A stretch of DNA of 64,000 nucleotides, taken from assembly GCA_963826525.1 (NCBI GenBank), contig CAWGXH010000004.1:416001-480000 (forward strand), written 5' to 3'. Below the pieces are notes generated by a model that did no database searches, was not told the origin of the DNA, and was given only the letters and a program-made list of their open reading frames with translations. Shown in pieces: positions 12,142-22,166 of this stretch (positions are counted from its first letter, which is position 1; each line of letters begins with the position of its first letter). A program made the translations under genes and the position numbers. The stretch comes from an uncultured Methanomicrobiaceae archaeon (GTDB taxonomy: Archaea > Halobacteriota > Methanomicrobia > Methanomicrobiales > Methanoculleaceae).

Positions 12142-13222
12142 TCAGTTTGACCGTGCCGCGGCACAGACGAGCACGATCATCTTCCCGGCGATTCCGTCTC
12201 CGTACGGATTCTTCCAGTTATTATTCCAGTGTGTGGCCGACCTAACGCCTTCAAGGATCTTCGCCGATTCGGTGCCGACCAGAATGTTGGAACCGACATC
12301 CAGCGTCTCAGGTCTCTCTGTATCGTAGCGCATGGTCGCACAGGGAACGCCAAGGACGCAGGCCTCTTCCTGCACTCCACCGGAATCGGTAAGAACGAGC
12401 CTTGCCTGTGCCTCGAGCTGCAGGAACTCCAGGAACCCGAAGGGCTTTGTCGAGCTGGATACCGTCCATACCGATCCCGAGTTCGTCGATCCTCTTTGCC
12501 GTGCGAGGATGAACCGGAAAGATCACCGGCATCGAGAATTCTCTCTGAACCGACTCAAGGCCGCTGATGATCTCCTTCAACCGGGCTTTGTTATCGACGT
12601 TCTCCTGCCGGTGGGCAGTGACGAGGAAGTACTCTTTCGGCTTGAGCTCGAGATCCCGCAGGACATTGACTTTTTTCCGTGAGATATCGAGATTCTGGTA
12701 TATGGCGTCCACAACGGTGTTTCCGGTCACGCAGATCCTCTTCTCGTCGATACCCTCCCGGAGCAGGTTCTCACGGGCTTTTTCAGTGGGGGCAAAGAGA
12801 TAATCCGACATATGATCCGTGAGGATTCGATTGATCTCCTCCGGCATCCACCGGTTAAAACTGCGAAGGCCAGCTTCGATGTGACCCACCCGCATGTGGA
12901 GTTTTGAAGCGGCAAGTGCCCCGGCAACGACGGTATTGGTATCGCCCTGCACGAGGACGACGTCGGGAGCCTCTTTGAGGAGGATGCTCTCGGCACCGGT
13001 CATGATCTTTGCCGTCTGCTCGGCATGAGTGCCCGAACCAACGTCCAGATTGTAATGCGGCTTAGGGAGATCGAGATCTTCGAAGAAGACCCGATCCATC
13101 TCATACGAGTAGTGCTGGCCTGTATGCAGGACGAAGTAGTCCAGGTTTCGCCGCTCACACTCCCGTATGACCGGCGACATTTTGATGATTTCAGGGCGTG
13201 TACCGAGGATTATTCCAATCAT
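12142..13222 (-). CDS. wecB: UDP-N-acetylglucosamine 2-epimerase (non-hydrolysing), frameshifted near 12451
   Basis: GTRPEIIK, TGQH, VQGDT, HIEAGLRS, MPEEINR, HRQEN, QEEA, TERPE, NPYGDG. Confidence 0.9.
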
Positions 13223-13265
13223 GGTGTCAACTCCGCTAATTTCACGCGCGGCAACGGTTCTTCCG

Positions 13266-14417
13266 TCACGTCCTCACCCGTGAGACGATATCGAGCATCA
13301 CTCCCATCAGGAGCGTTACCGCACCGATGATGAACAGAACCGACAGGCTAAGCCCGTACTCAAGTGAAAACGCTCCGGATTCATTGAAGGCATCGAGAAA
13401 TCGCATCCAGAGGAACATGCCGAGAACGATCGATGCAAAACCCGGCGCCCCGAAGTACAGGAGCGGCTTTCTCTCCACCGAGAGCCAGAAGAGCGATGTG
13501 AGCACCTCGAGACCGTGTGAGAACGGATTCTTCGTGGACGTCTCGAAGTCACCGTATTTGCACATGATGGGGCGCTCTCCGATGCGTAAATTCTCTGCCT
13601 GGGCTATCTGAAGCATCTCGGATTCGGTTGAAAAGTCATCTTTTCTTAACGCCCCGGACATGGACTCGATTGACCGCCGGTTCAGAGCCCGAAAACCGCA
13701 CTGCGAGTCGGTGATGGTGTGACCGGCTCCGGTGACGACATCGAGGACGGTCCTGCCGAAACGCCGGTAGAACGGCATCTGATCGAGTGTCCGAAACCCG
13801 ATGACGAAATCTGCATCACCGTCGACTATCGGTTCGAGGAGACGAGGAATCTCTTCCGGGTTGTGCTGACCGTCCCCATCCATGAAGACCAGAGCATCGA
13901 ACCGGTTCTCAAAGGCGTAACGGAGCGAAGTTTTCATTGCCCGGCCTTTACCCTGCTGCGATCCGTGCGAGATCACCGTTGCTCCTGCTTCCCGGGCAAT
14001 GTTCACCGTCTCATCGGTACTCCCGTCGTCGACGACGAGAACTTCGTCGACGTAGCGACGGGCCATAAGAACAAGCGAGCCTATCGCAACCGCTTCGTTG
14101 AGGCAGGGTATTGCAACAAGCGATTTATTCTGGGCTTTTCTGAGCGGTGGAGCGGGAGTGTCGATGTTCTCGCTCACTGTTCTCCGATATCCAGGCAGAA
14201 TCGGTTGTTTCAGCGGGTTGATCGATTCCTGTATCTGACGATGGAGCGTAGGGGTCTCGATGGAGCTCTTCAGCTGGTACTCCCTGCGGATCAGATGATC
14301 TATCTCTACACGGTTACCTGTATCTGCATACTGTGGTCGTGGAACGGTAGTTTCCCGGGCAAACCGCCCACCTGCACCCGCAGGCTCCGTTCCGTGACCT
14401 GGATCAATGTCGTACAT
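13266..14417 (-). CDS. Glycosyltransferase family 2 with C-terminal TM helices
   Basis: IPCLNE, VVDDGSTDET, DGDGQH, DSQCGFRA and two hydrophobic C-terminal segments. Confidence 0.85.
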   Translation of the reverse strand: MYDIDPGHGTEPAGAGGRFARETTVPRPQYADTGNRVEIDHLIRREYQLKSSIETPTLHRQIQESINPLKQPILPGYRRTVSENIDTPAPPLRKAQNKSLVAIPCLNEAVAIGSLVLMARRYVDEVLVVDDGSTDETVNIAREAGATVISHGSQQGKGRAMKTSLRYAFENRFDALVFMDGDGQHNPEEIPRLLEPIVDGDADFVIGFRTLDQMPFYRRFGRTVLDVVTGAGHTITDSQCGFRALNRRSIESMSGALRKDDFSTESEMLQIAQAENLRIGERPIMCKYGDFETSTKNPFSHGLEVLTSLFWLSVERKPLLYFGAPGFASIVLGMFLWMRFLDAFNESGAFSLEYGLSLSVLFIIGAVTLLMGVMLDIVSRVRT

Positions 14418-14477
14418 CCACTTTCCCCCTTGGCGTACTGGAACGGGACTGTTCAGACATATATTAATATGTTATTA

Positions 14478-14495
14478 TTAACCAAATTTGGTTAA
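14478..14495. promoter_or_regulatory. Perfect 18-bp palindrome TTAACCAAATTTGGTTAA upstream of the glycan operon promoter
   Basis: Directly visible. Lies just upstream of a minus-strand TATA-like TTAATATA (~14460-14467) that precedes ATG 14417. Confidence 0.55.
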
Positions 14496-14976
14496 CAGTA
14501 TTTAAATTGGAATGCAATATAGTTGCCAAAGGGCAGGTTACCCCTGTGAGGGAATATATAAGTGTTCCGGCAAACCCGCTCATTGAGAAATTGACCCGGA
14601 TTCGGTCTAAAAATGCTGCCGTCCACCTGTTTTCATGGACAGCCTCTGGCGGGCATACCGGATATGCACAAAGTGTAAATACCCGCAACGAAAATGGCGC
14701 CAGACAACCGTGATTTTCCCTGCCGCACCCCCTTTGGAGAATTCATCCCGTCCGGCACTATTCTTTTAAAACCGAAACATCACGGTAGCCCCATTTCACG
14801 ATCACCCGCACAAGAAGAACTGTAATGCCCTGAGACCGTCAGAACCACCCCCAATGCCTGGAGAGAGGGGCGAAAGGATTGATATTCAGGAGATGGCAAT
14901 ATGCGTACCGCCGGCTCCCGTGCCCCTTCCTATCCATTCGCGTATCTGGAGCATCCGATACGCGAAGAGGTCGTCG

Positions 14977-15774
14977 TCACCCTGACCGGGGTTCCGAGAG
15001 CGCAGTCGATACCCGTTCCATCAGGGCATGGTGGCGCCGGAGTTCGGCAAGGTAGTTTCGGCTCTTCTCATCCGCCCGGAGCGGGGTAAAGGTCTGTTCG
15101 TAATCGACATTCCAGAGGATCAGTCCTTCAGGCGGCGATGCTGGGAGACGGTCGGATCCGGGCTTCTCGAGGAGAGCACTAAGATCATCGACGGTTGCGG
15201 CACCCCGCCCGACCATATCGAGCGCCGTGGCCATGCACCGAACCATGTTCCAGAGAAAACTCTCTGCCGTGACCTCAAAAACGCAAAACCGATCTTCCGG
15301 AAATATCCTGGCGGCAAGCACCGTCCGCTTCGGATTTTTGTCGCCGACCCTGGCAAACGACGAGAAGTCGTACCGGCCGACGAACCGCTCCGCCATCTCC
15401 TGCATGGCACCGGTCTCGGCCGGGGGGTCGGGGAAGTAGTAGCGGTACGTCCTTGAGAGAGCATCGTACCGGGGATTGAACGACTCTGGCACGACCGCGT
15501 AGCCCGTGCACCAGATATCAGGAGGGAGCACCCGGCCAAGCGCCTGCAGGGCGCGATCGGGGAGGTCCGTCGTGAAGGCAGCAACCCATCCCCGGGCGTG
15601 CACTCCCCGGTCGGTCCTCCCGGCCGTCTGGAAGGCGGCGCTTCGCCAGTCGTCGAAGAGCCCGAGCCGCAGGCACGCCTCGATGAACTCCCCTTCGACC
15701 GTCCGGAGAACCGGCTGCAGCTGGGATCCGAAAAAACCTCCGCCGAGGTACGCAAGCCGCAGTGCGAGCCTCAT
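14977..15774 (-). CDS. truA: tRNA pseudouridine(38-40) synthase
   Basis: AYLG..FFGSQ.QP..RTVEGE, AGRTDRGVHA, SRTYRY, SFLWNMVR, PEGLIL. Confidence 0.95.
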   Translation of the reverse strand: MRLALRLAYLGGGFFGSQLQPVLRTVEGEFIEACLRLGLFDDWRSAAFQTAGRTDRGVHARGWVAAFTTDLPDRALQALGRVLPPDIWCTGYAVVPESFNPRYDALSRTYRYYFPDPPAETGAMQEMAERFVGRYDFSSFARVGDKNPKRTVLAARIFPEDRFCVFEVTAESFLWNMVRCMATALDMVGRGAATVDDLSALLEKPGSDRLPASPPEGLILWNVDYEQTFTPLRADEKSRNYLAELRRHHALMERVSTALSEPRSG

Positions 15775-16436
15775 CGGTGTACCCGTCGCTTGATCCTCCG
15801 CAGGGCACCTTTCAGGGATTGCCGGGTATAGGTCTGCAGCGGAGTCATTCTGCCGCCTGCTATCGTATTCCCCTCCCGGATCGCCTTGAGGATTGAGGCG
15901 ACGTCCGGTTCCGCCGAGACCAGCGCATGGCCAAATCCAACATAGCGGGCGTTATGTGCATCGCTCCCTCCTACACAGGGTTTGTCGTAACTCCGGGCGA
16001 TTTTCGCCGCCTTTCGGTTCGCCTGACCCGTAATGTAACGACTGTTGAAGGTCTCGACCGCATCCACCGACGCTATCCCGATCTTAAGCTTCCGCCCGAC
16101 ACCGTGCCGCCACATATGGTACGGGTGCGGGAGAATCAGCAGCGCTCCGCGTGCACGCGCATACGCAACGGTCTCAAGAAAATCCCTGCCGGACGGGATC
16201 GGTTCGGTTACCCCGAGCGCGATGAGATGCCCATGTTTCGTGGAGATCTCAATCCCTGGAATGACGACAAGCGACGTCTCGCACGTGCACGCGTAGCGTG
16301 CCCCTTCCACGGTGTCGTGGTCCGTGATGGCGATCGCGTCAAGGCCGACCGCCTCGGCGCGGCGGAGGATATCCTCGACACTGCTTTCGCCGTCCTTTGA
16401 GAAGTTTGTGTGGATATGCAGGTCGCACCGCAGCAT
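15771..16436 (-). CDS. PHP-domain metal-dependent phosphoesterase
   Basis: DLHIHT..S.DG, AITDHDT, GIEIS, PHPY, GGSDAH. Confidence 0.9.
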   Translation of the reverse strand: MLRCDLHIHTNFSKDGESSVEDILRRAEAVGLDAIAITDHDTVEGARYACTCETSLVVIPGIEISTKHGHLIALGVTEPIPSGRDFLETVAYARARGALLILPHPYHMWRHGVGRKLKIGIASVDAVETFNSRYITGQANRKAAKIARSYDKPCVGGSDAHNARYVGFGHALVSAEPDVASILKAIREGNTIAGGRMTPLQTYTRQSLKGALRRIKRRVHR

Positions 16437-16480
16437 GAGATCATAACTATTTTTCACGTTCTGAATGATAATGGAAGCGT

Positions 16481-17905
16481 ATGCGCATCTTACTGCCAAC
16501 CGGTTCGACGACGGAGGCCATGGTCCGGAAGACCGCGGAGCGTTTTTCTGACCGCCATGAGATAACCGTGGCGATTACCGGGGAGATAGCCTCGTTCCTC
16601 ACCCCACGGCAGCTCCTGATGCTGCTTTCCGGTACCGAGTATGATATGGCGATCGTCTCCGGGATGTGCACCGCATCGTTCGCGGAGGTGGAAGATGCAA
16701 CCGGTATCCCCGTCTACCGCGGTCCGCGGCACGCCGCAGATCTGGCTCTGGTGCTTTCGGTGCTGGACTCCGTCCGGCTCTCCCGGACGATTCCTGCGGA
16801 CGACTTTCTGGCTTCTGAGCGGCGTGCCGAAGCCTGCAGAAAGGTACACGAGCGTGAAACAGCGGCAGACTGCGACTTCATAATACGCGGCCTCAAGATC
16901 GGCGGCGGATCGCGAATCAAGGTGCTCGCCGAGATCATGGATGCGCACAAACGGGGCGACCTGCGGACGGCAGTGGAGCGATTCTTCGCCGCAGGAGCCG
17001 ATATCGTCGATCTCGGGTTCGGGTTCGATGCGACGCCGGAGGATGTGCGGCGATCCTTCCGGGAGGTCGCCGATATTGATCGGCCCCTCGCCGTCGACAG
17101 TCAGGAGCCCCGTCTCATCGAAGCGGCGCTCGAACGCGCGGATCTGGTGCTGAGCCTGCACGAAGGCAACCTCCCGGCAGTCGGCGAGGCGGTCGCGGCG
17201 TCCGGCGCCGCAGCAGTGATCGTTCCCCGCGACCGAAACCTTGCGGAGAACCTCGCAGCCGCAGAAGCCGCCGGGGTCTGCTGTCTGGTCGGCGATCCGC
17301 TCCTACAGCCGGTGGGATCGGGGCTCGTCGAGTCGCTCGCCGGTTTCGAAGCGGTCGGCCGCCCCCTCTTCTTCGGCGCGGGAAACGTGGTCGAACTCCT
17401 CGACGCCGACTCCCCGGGAGCAAACGCACTTCTCTGCGCGATGGCTAGCGAGCTCTCCGCCGCCATCATCTTCACGAGCGAGCACTCCGACAAAACACGC
17501 GGATCGGTGGCGGAGATGCGGCGGGCTACCGAGATGGCGGTGCTCCTTGCCGGCCGCCCCTACCCGAAGGACCTCGGGCTCGACCTGCTCATTCTGAAAG
17601 AGAAGCGGCGGCGGCGGGAGCCGCCGCTCGAGTACAACACGGAGATTGCCGCCGCCCCGATGCCCGAGGAGATCGAGTACGACCCGCACGGGTGCATCAG
17701 GATCGGCATCGAGGGCGATTCAATTGTGGCCGTCCACAACGGCACGGCGATCAGGAGCAGGAAGTGGGAGGACGTCTTTGCAGCGCTCCTCGCCGAAGGC
17801 CGCATCTCCCGGATGGATCACGCCGCATACCTCGGAAAAGAGCTCTACAAAGCCGAGCTTGCGATCCGGTTCGGCCGGAGCTTCGAACAGGACGGCCCGT
17901 TCTGA
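16481..17905 (+). CDS. Dihydropteroate synthase-like protein (archaeal)
   Basis: MRILLPTG, VLAEIMDA, GADIVDLG, GNVVELLDADS.G.NA, PKDLGLDLL.LKEKR, HAAYLGKEL.KAE. Confidence 0.85.
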   Translation: MRILLPTGSTTEAMVRKTAERFSDRHEITVAITGEIASFLTPRQLLMLLSGTEYDMAIVSGMCTASFAEVEDATGIPVYRGPRHAADLALVLSVLDSVRLSRTIPADDFLASERRAEACRKVHERETAADCDFIIRGLKIGGGSRIKVLAEIMDAHKRGDLRTAVERFFAAGADIVDLGFGFDATPEDVRRSFREVADIDRPLAVDSQEPRLIEAALERADLVLSLHEGNLPAVGEAVAASGAAAVIVPRDRNLAENLAAAEAAGVCCLVGDPLLQPVGSGLVESLAGFEAVGRPLFFGAGNVVELLDADSPGANALLCAMASELSAAIIFTSEHSDKTRGSVAEMRRATEMAVLLAGRPYPKDLGLDLLILKEKRRRREPPLEYNTEIAAAPMPEEIEYDPHGCIRIGIEGDSIVAVHNGTAIRSRKWEDVFAALLAEGRISRMDHAAYLGKELYKAELAIRFGRSFEQDGPF

Positions 17906-17955
17906 AGAGGCCTCCGCACACCCTTTAATACAAGCGGCCGCACTACCCGGAGATC

Positions 17956-19341
17956 GTGGTAACGATGCGGAAAGGATTGATTATTGCCGGGACTATCACC
18001 CTCCTCCTCGCCGCTGCAGCCTCTGTCGGCATTCTGCTGCCGGAGGCGCCGGCACCGTCCGGCAACGTCGCGACGGGCAACCAGACACCGGCCGGGGACG
18101 TCGTTGTCGGCCTTCTGCCCGTCGCCACCGGGTTTGCCGCCCCGGTTGCCCTCGCAGCACCTTCCGACGGATCGGGACGACTCTTCATCGTCGACCAGGT
18201 AGGAACGATCCGTATCGTCGACCGAAACGGCACCCTCCGGGACGAGCCGTTCCTCGATATCCGGGACAGGATGGTGGATCTCAACCCGAACTACGACGAA
18301 CGCGGTCTGCTTGGCATGGCTCTGCACCCGAATTTTACGGATAACGGGAGGTTCTTCATCTACTACAGCGCCCCGCTCCGCGAAGGGGCACCGCCGGGGT
18401 GGGATCATACCAGCCATCTTGCGGAGTTCTCGGTCTCTGCCGATGACCCGAATGCGGCCGATCCCGGTTCGGAACGGGTTCTGCTCCAGGTCGACGAGCC
18501 CCAGTCGAACCACAACGGCGGGCAGATCGCGTTTGGCCCGGGCGGCTACCTCTACATTCCGCTCGGCGACGGCGGCGGGGCGGGCGACACCGGACTCGGC
18601 CACCCACCACCCGGCAACGGCCAGAACACCTCGACCCTGCTCGGGAGCATCCTTCGCATCGACGTCGACGGGGGTGAGCCGTACACCATCCCGGAGAGCA
18701 ATCCCTTCGCGGACGGCGTCGCCGGCCGGCCCGAGATCTTCGCCTACGGATTTCGCAATCCGTTCCATATCTCCTTCGACGTAGGCGGCCAGCACGATCT
18801 CTTCGCCGGGGATGCCGGGCAGAACCGCTGGGAAGAGGTCGATCTTGTCCGGGCAGGGGAGAACTACGGCTGGAACATCAGGGAGGGCACCCACTGCTTC
18901 GACCCGCAGAACCCGGGGGCAGCACCCTCCGGATGCCCGGATGTCGGCAGCCGGGGAGAGCCGCTCGCAAGCCCGATCATCGAGTACCCGAACGCGGGAC
19001 AGCCAGGGGGAATCGGCCATGCGGTGATCGGCGGGTATGTGTACCGGGGGAGCAGCATTCCCGCACTTACGGGGCGGTACATCTTCGGCGACTGGAGCGC
19101 CTCCTCGGGCACCGGCGACGGGACGCTCTTTTCCGCCGCGCCCGGAGAGACCGGCAGCACCACGACCCTATGGAGTATGAGCGAGTTATCGGTCGCCGAT
19201 ACCGGGACGGGGAGAGTAGGGGCGTACATTCTCTCGTTCGGCCAGGATGCAGAGAACGAACTCTACGTCCTGACATCACGGAGCGCAGGCCCTACCGGCA
19301 CCACCGGCACCGTTTACCGGCTCGTTCCGACAGGAGGATGA
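17956..19341 (+). CDS. PQQ-dependent sugar dehydrogenase (glucose/sorbosone family), secreted or membrane-anchored
   Basis: N-terminal hydrophobic signal; ERGLLGMALHP, NHNGG.IAFGP.GYLYI..GDGG, AYGFRNP, NYGW, SFGQD...ELY. Confidence 0.9.
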   Translation: MVTMRKGLIIAGTITLLLAAAASVGILLPEAPAPSGNVATGNQTPAGDVVVGLLPVATGFAAPVALAAPSDGSGRLFIVDQVGTIRIVDRNGTLRDEPFLDIRDRMVDLNPNYDERGLLGMALHPNFTDNGRFFIYYSAPLREGAPPGWDHTSHLAEFSVSADDPNAADPGSERVLLQVDEPQSNHNGGQIAFGPGGYLYIPLGDGGGAGDTGLGHPPPGNGQNTSTLLGSILRIDVDGGEPYTIPESNPFADGVAGRPEIFAYGFRNPFHISFDVGGQHDLFAGDAGQNRWEEVDLVRAGENYGWNIREGTHCFDPQNPGAAPSGCPDVGSRGEPLASPIIEYPNAGQPGGIGHAVIGGYVYRGSSIPALTGRYIFGDWSASSGTGDGTLFSAAPGETGSTTTLWSMSELSVADTGTGRVGAYILSFGQDAENELYVLTSRSAGPTGTTGTVYRLVPTGG

Positions 19342-19533
19342 AGAATAGAGAGGTCTCCTCTAAACGGGGGTCGGCCACATTACATAACAATATTTTTATA
19401 ATAAAGCAGAGATTTTGGGCTCCACGGCAACGCTCATCCGCAGATACCGAGGACGGTCGGTTCCATCCTCAAGGCGCCACGATACGGAGGAGCGGTTGCC
19501 GATCTACTCCACCAGAGAGGAGAGGAATGACCT

Positions 19534-20496
19534 ATGAAGATAAACGGATCATCAGCAGGGCTCCTGTGCATTCTGCTCGCGTGCCTCTGCGTCTGTATCG
19601 TGTCCGGCCAGGCGCAGGCTCCCGTGGCCGTCGAACTCCGGAACAGCTCGTACCACCCGCCGACAGTAACCGTCGAACCCGGCACGACGGTGCTCTGGAC
19701 GAACTATGACACCGTGAGCCACTCCGTCACCAGTATGACCGGGCTCTTCGACTCGGGAGCGCTTGAGACCGGAGAGTCGTTCAATTACACCTTTGACGAG
19801 CCGGGCACATACGCCTACGGGTGCAGGATCAACCAGTCTCTCGAGAACACCCGTATGCCTGGCCGGATCGTCGTCGTGGCCGGTGTTACGGGCAACATGA
19901 CCGGAACCGAGGCAGATACCGTCGTTCAGGTGATCGAGGGGAATCAGAACCTGACCGTCCTTGCACGGGCGCTGAACGCGACGAACCTGACCGGTAACCT
20001 CAGCGCCGGAGGACCGTTCACGGTCTTCGCCCCGACCGACACCGCTTTCGCCGCACTCGGCAACGGGACGGTGGAAGAACTCCTGAACGATACCGCGAAC
20101 GCGACGCCCATCCTGCAGTACCATATCGTTCCGGGACTCTACACCAGCCAGCAGCTCATGAACATGACCGAGACCGGAAACGCGACACTCCCGACGCTCC
20201 TCGGCGAGAACGTCACGATCACCCGCGAGGGCGGGGCGATACTGATCAATAATGCTACCGTCAACGCAACCGATATCAACGCCGATAACGGGATTGTCCA
20301 TACCATCGACGCGGTGCTGATACCGCCCGCGAACATGACGGCGGTACAGGAACCCGTGGCCGCCGTCACGGCGAGGGTGACGGAAGAGCCCGTGGTGAAC
20401 GAGACACCGGTGATCACTGCCACGGAGACGATGACGGAAGAGCCCGTGATGAACGAGACGCCGGCGATCACCGCCGCCCCCCGGGGCCGGTACTGA
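19534..20496 (+). CDS. Secreted cupredoxin-like + fasciclin (FAS1) domain protein
   Basis: Signal peptide; TVLWTN.D...HSVT, FDSG, PGTYAYGC; FTVFAPTD.AF, LQYHIV, NGIVHTIDAVLIP. Confidence 0.85.
   Translation: MKINGSSAGLLCILLACLCVCIVSGQAQAPVAVELRNSSYHPPTVTVEPGTTVLWTNYDTVSHSVTSMTGLFDSGALETGESFNYTFDEPGTYAYGCRINQSLENTRMPGRIVVVAGVTGNMTGTEADTVVQVIEGNQNLTVLARALNATNLTGNLSAGGPFTVFAPTDTAFAALGNGTVEELLNDTANATPILQYHIVPGLYTSQQLMNMTETGNATLPTLLGENVTITREGGAILINNATVNATDINADNGIVHTIDAVLIPPANMTAVQEPVAAVTARVTEEPVVNETPVITATETMTEEPVMNETPAITAAPRGRY
20377..20475 (+). repeat. Intragenic 54-bp-period duplication (TEEPVxNETPxITA x2)
   Basis: gtgacggaagagcccgtggtgaacgagacaccggtgatcactgcc versus atgacggaagagcccgtgatgaacgagacgccggcgatcaccgcc. 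Confidence 0.8.
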
Positions 20497-20524
20497 CGGC
20501 CCCGGGAGACCCGTTCCTTTTTTT
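20497..20524 (+). terminator. Putative terminator (short GC stem + T7 tract)
   Basis: T-run directly after the stop of the fasciclin gene. Confidence 0.45.
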
Positions 20525-20612
20525 ACGGCGGCCGGAGGATCGCTCGGGCAGGGCCAGGGGCCGTCACCGGACACGAGAACTTATCTTCCTTCTTTTCCAA
20601 GTACTCCTCAGA

Positions 20613-20984
20613 ATGAAAGTGCACGGGATCAGCGCCGAGCTCCTCGCCATGCTCCTGCAACTCGGAAGAGAGCACCACCCCGCTGAGTTTATTGCTATCT
20701 TGCGGGAACGGGACGGTATTATCCAGGATCTCGACCTGGTGCCGGGGACAATCACCGGGTCGTCCAGTGCATCCTTCTTCATCGATATGCTCCCGCTCGA
20801 CACCCATCAGGTCGGCAGCGCTCACAGCCACCCGAACGGGGTCATCTCACCATCTCCCGCTGATCTCAATCTCTTCCCGAAAGTCGGCAGATACCATATC
20901 ATCATCGGTTTTCCGTACACGGAGAAGGACTGGCGGTGCTTTTCGGCCGGCGGCATGCCGGTGGATCTGAGGGTGATCGGATGA
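20613..20984 (+). CDS. Mov34/MPN/JAB family metalloprotease
   Basis: JAMM motif: P.EF, GSAHSHP...PSPADL. Confidence 0.9.
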   Translation: MKVHGISAELLAMLLQLGREHHPAEFIAILRERDGIIQDLDLVPGTITGSSSASFFIDMLPLDTHQVGSAHSHPNGVISPSPADLNLFPKVGRYHIIIGFPYTEKDWRCFSAGGMPVDLRVIG

Positions 20985-21409
20985 AGCGGGTGGTGGCGAC
21001 CGGCACCTTCGACATCCTCCACCCGGGACACCTCTACTACCTGGAGGAGTCACGCAGACTCGGCGACGAACTCCATGTTATCGTCGCACGCGACGTCAAC
21101 GTCAAGCATAAACCAAAGCCCATCGTTCCGGAGGAGCAGCGTCTGCAGATGATCGTTGCACTCAAACCCGTCGATCACGCCCGGCTTGGAGATCCGCACG
21201 ATATGTTCCTCCCGATCGAGGAGATCGATCCTGCGATCATCACGCTCGGTTTCAACCAGCACTTCAGCGAAGAGAAACTGAAAGAAGCGCTCCGCGCACG
21301 GGGGCTCGACGCAGAGGTGGTGCGGATCCCCGGCTACCGGAACCGGCTCGCGAGCTCCTCGCAGATCATCGACCGTATTCTGAAGACCCGGCCGATTCCC
21401 GACCGGTAG
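20981..21409 (+). CDS. ribL: FAD synthase (cytidylyltransferase superfamily)
   Basis: VATGTFDILHPGH, VIVARD, KPVD, LGFNQ, SSSQII. ATG overlaps the upstream stop (ATGA). Confidence 0.85.
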   Translation: MKRVVATGTFDILHPGHLYYLEESRRLGDELHVIVARDVNVKHKPKPIVPEEQRLQMIVALKPVDHARLGDPHDMFLPIEEIDPAIITLGFNQHFSEEKLKEALRARGLDAEVVRIPGYRNRLASSSQIIDRILKTRPIPDR

Positions 21410-21432
21410 ACCCTACCCCAAAGACGCAGCCC

Positions 21433-22113
21433 ATGCAGCAGATTGCAGGATGGATAGAGAATGACGAGATCAGAGATCCCCGCTCGCTCGCTCTGCGACT
21501 CGGGATTCCCCTCGGCATCTGCGGGATCTATATCCTGATCACCTGGCTCGTCCTTCCTTTCCAGGAGTTCCTGCTCCTCTTCGGAATGATGGTCGCCTAT
21601 GTCGTCCCTCCGGCAGGCAGGGAAGTGGTCATCCCCGTCAGCATCGTGCTCGGTATCCCCTGGTGGCTGATCGCATTCACCCTCGCTTTCCTGGACTTCG
21701 CCGGCGGGCTGTTCATGGCATGGAACTTCCCGCTCGCCCTGAAGATTCCGATCGTCGGTCCCTGGATACAGCGGTTCTCGACAGCAGGCCACATCTACCT
21801 CGAACGCCGGCCGTGGCTCGAAAAACTGTACTTCAGCGGCCTCATCCTCTTCGTCACCCTCCCCTTCGAAGGATCGGGAAGCATTACCGGAACGATCATC
21901 GGCCGGATGCTCGGGATGGGAAAGACCGAGGTGCTCACCTGCATCACTATCGGTGGGATCATCGGGAGTTTCGGCCTCGCGCTCGGAGCCGAATACGTCA
22001 CCGGGCTCATCCTGCTGGACGTCACCCTCGCAGCCTCCGTCGCCGTCTTCGTCCTGATCGGCGTAGCCATCGCCGTGATGTATCGGAGTTACGTCCGCCG
22101 CAGGAAGGCCTAG
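21433..22113 (+). CDS. Small multi-drug export family membrane protein
   Basis: Multiple TM helices; PPAGREVVIP, GLILFV.LPF.GSG. Confidence 0.75.
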   Translation: MQQIAGWIENDEIRDPRSLALRLGIPLGICGIYILITWLVLPFQEFLLLFGMMVAYVVPPAGREVVIPVSIVLGIPWWLIAFTLAFLDFAGGLFMAWNFPLALKIPIVGPWIQRFSTAGHIYLERRPWLEKLYFSGLILFVTLPFEGSGSITGTIIGRMLGMGKTEVLTCITIGGIIGSFGLALGAEYVTGLILLDVTLAASVAVFVLIGVAIAVMYRSYVRRRKA

Positions 22114-22166
22114 CGAAGAATGGCCGCAAAGAGCAACCGATATAGCACAAACGATACATATACGAG

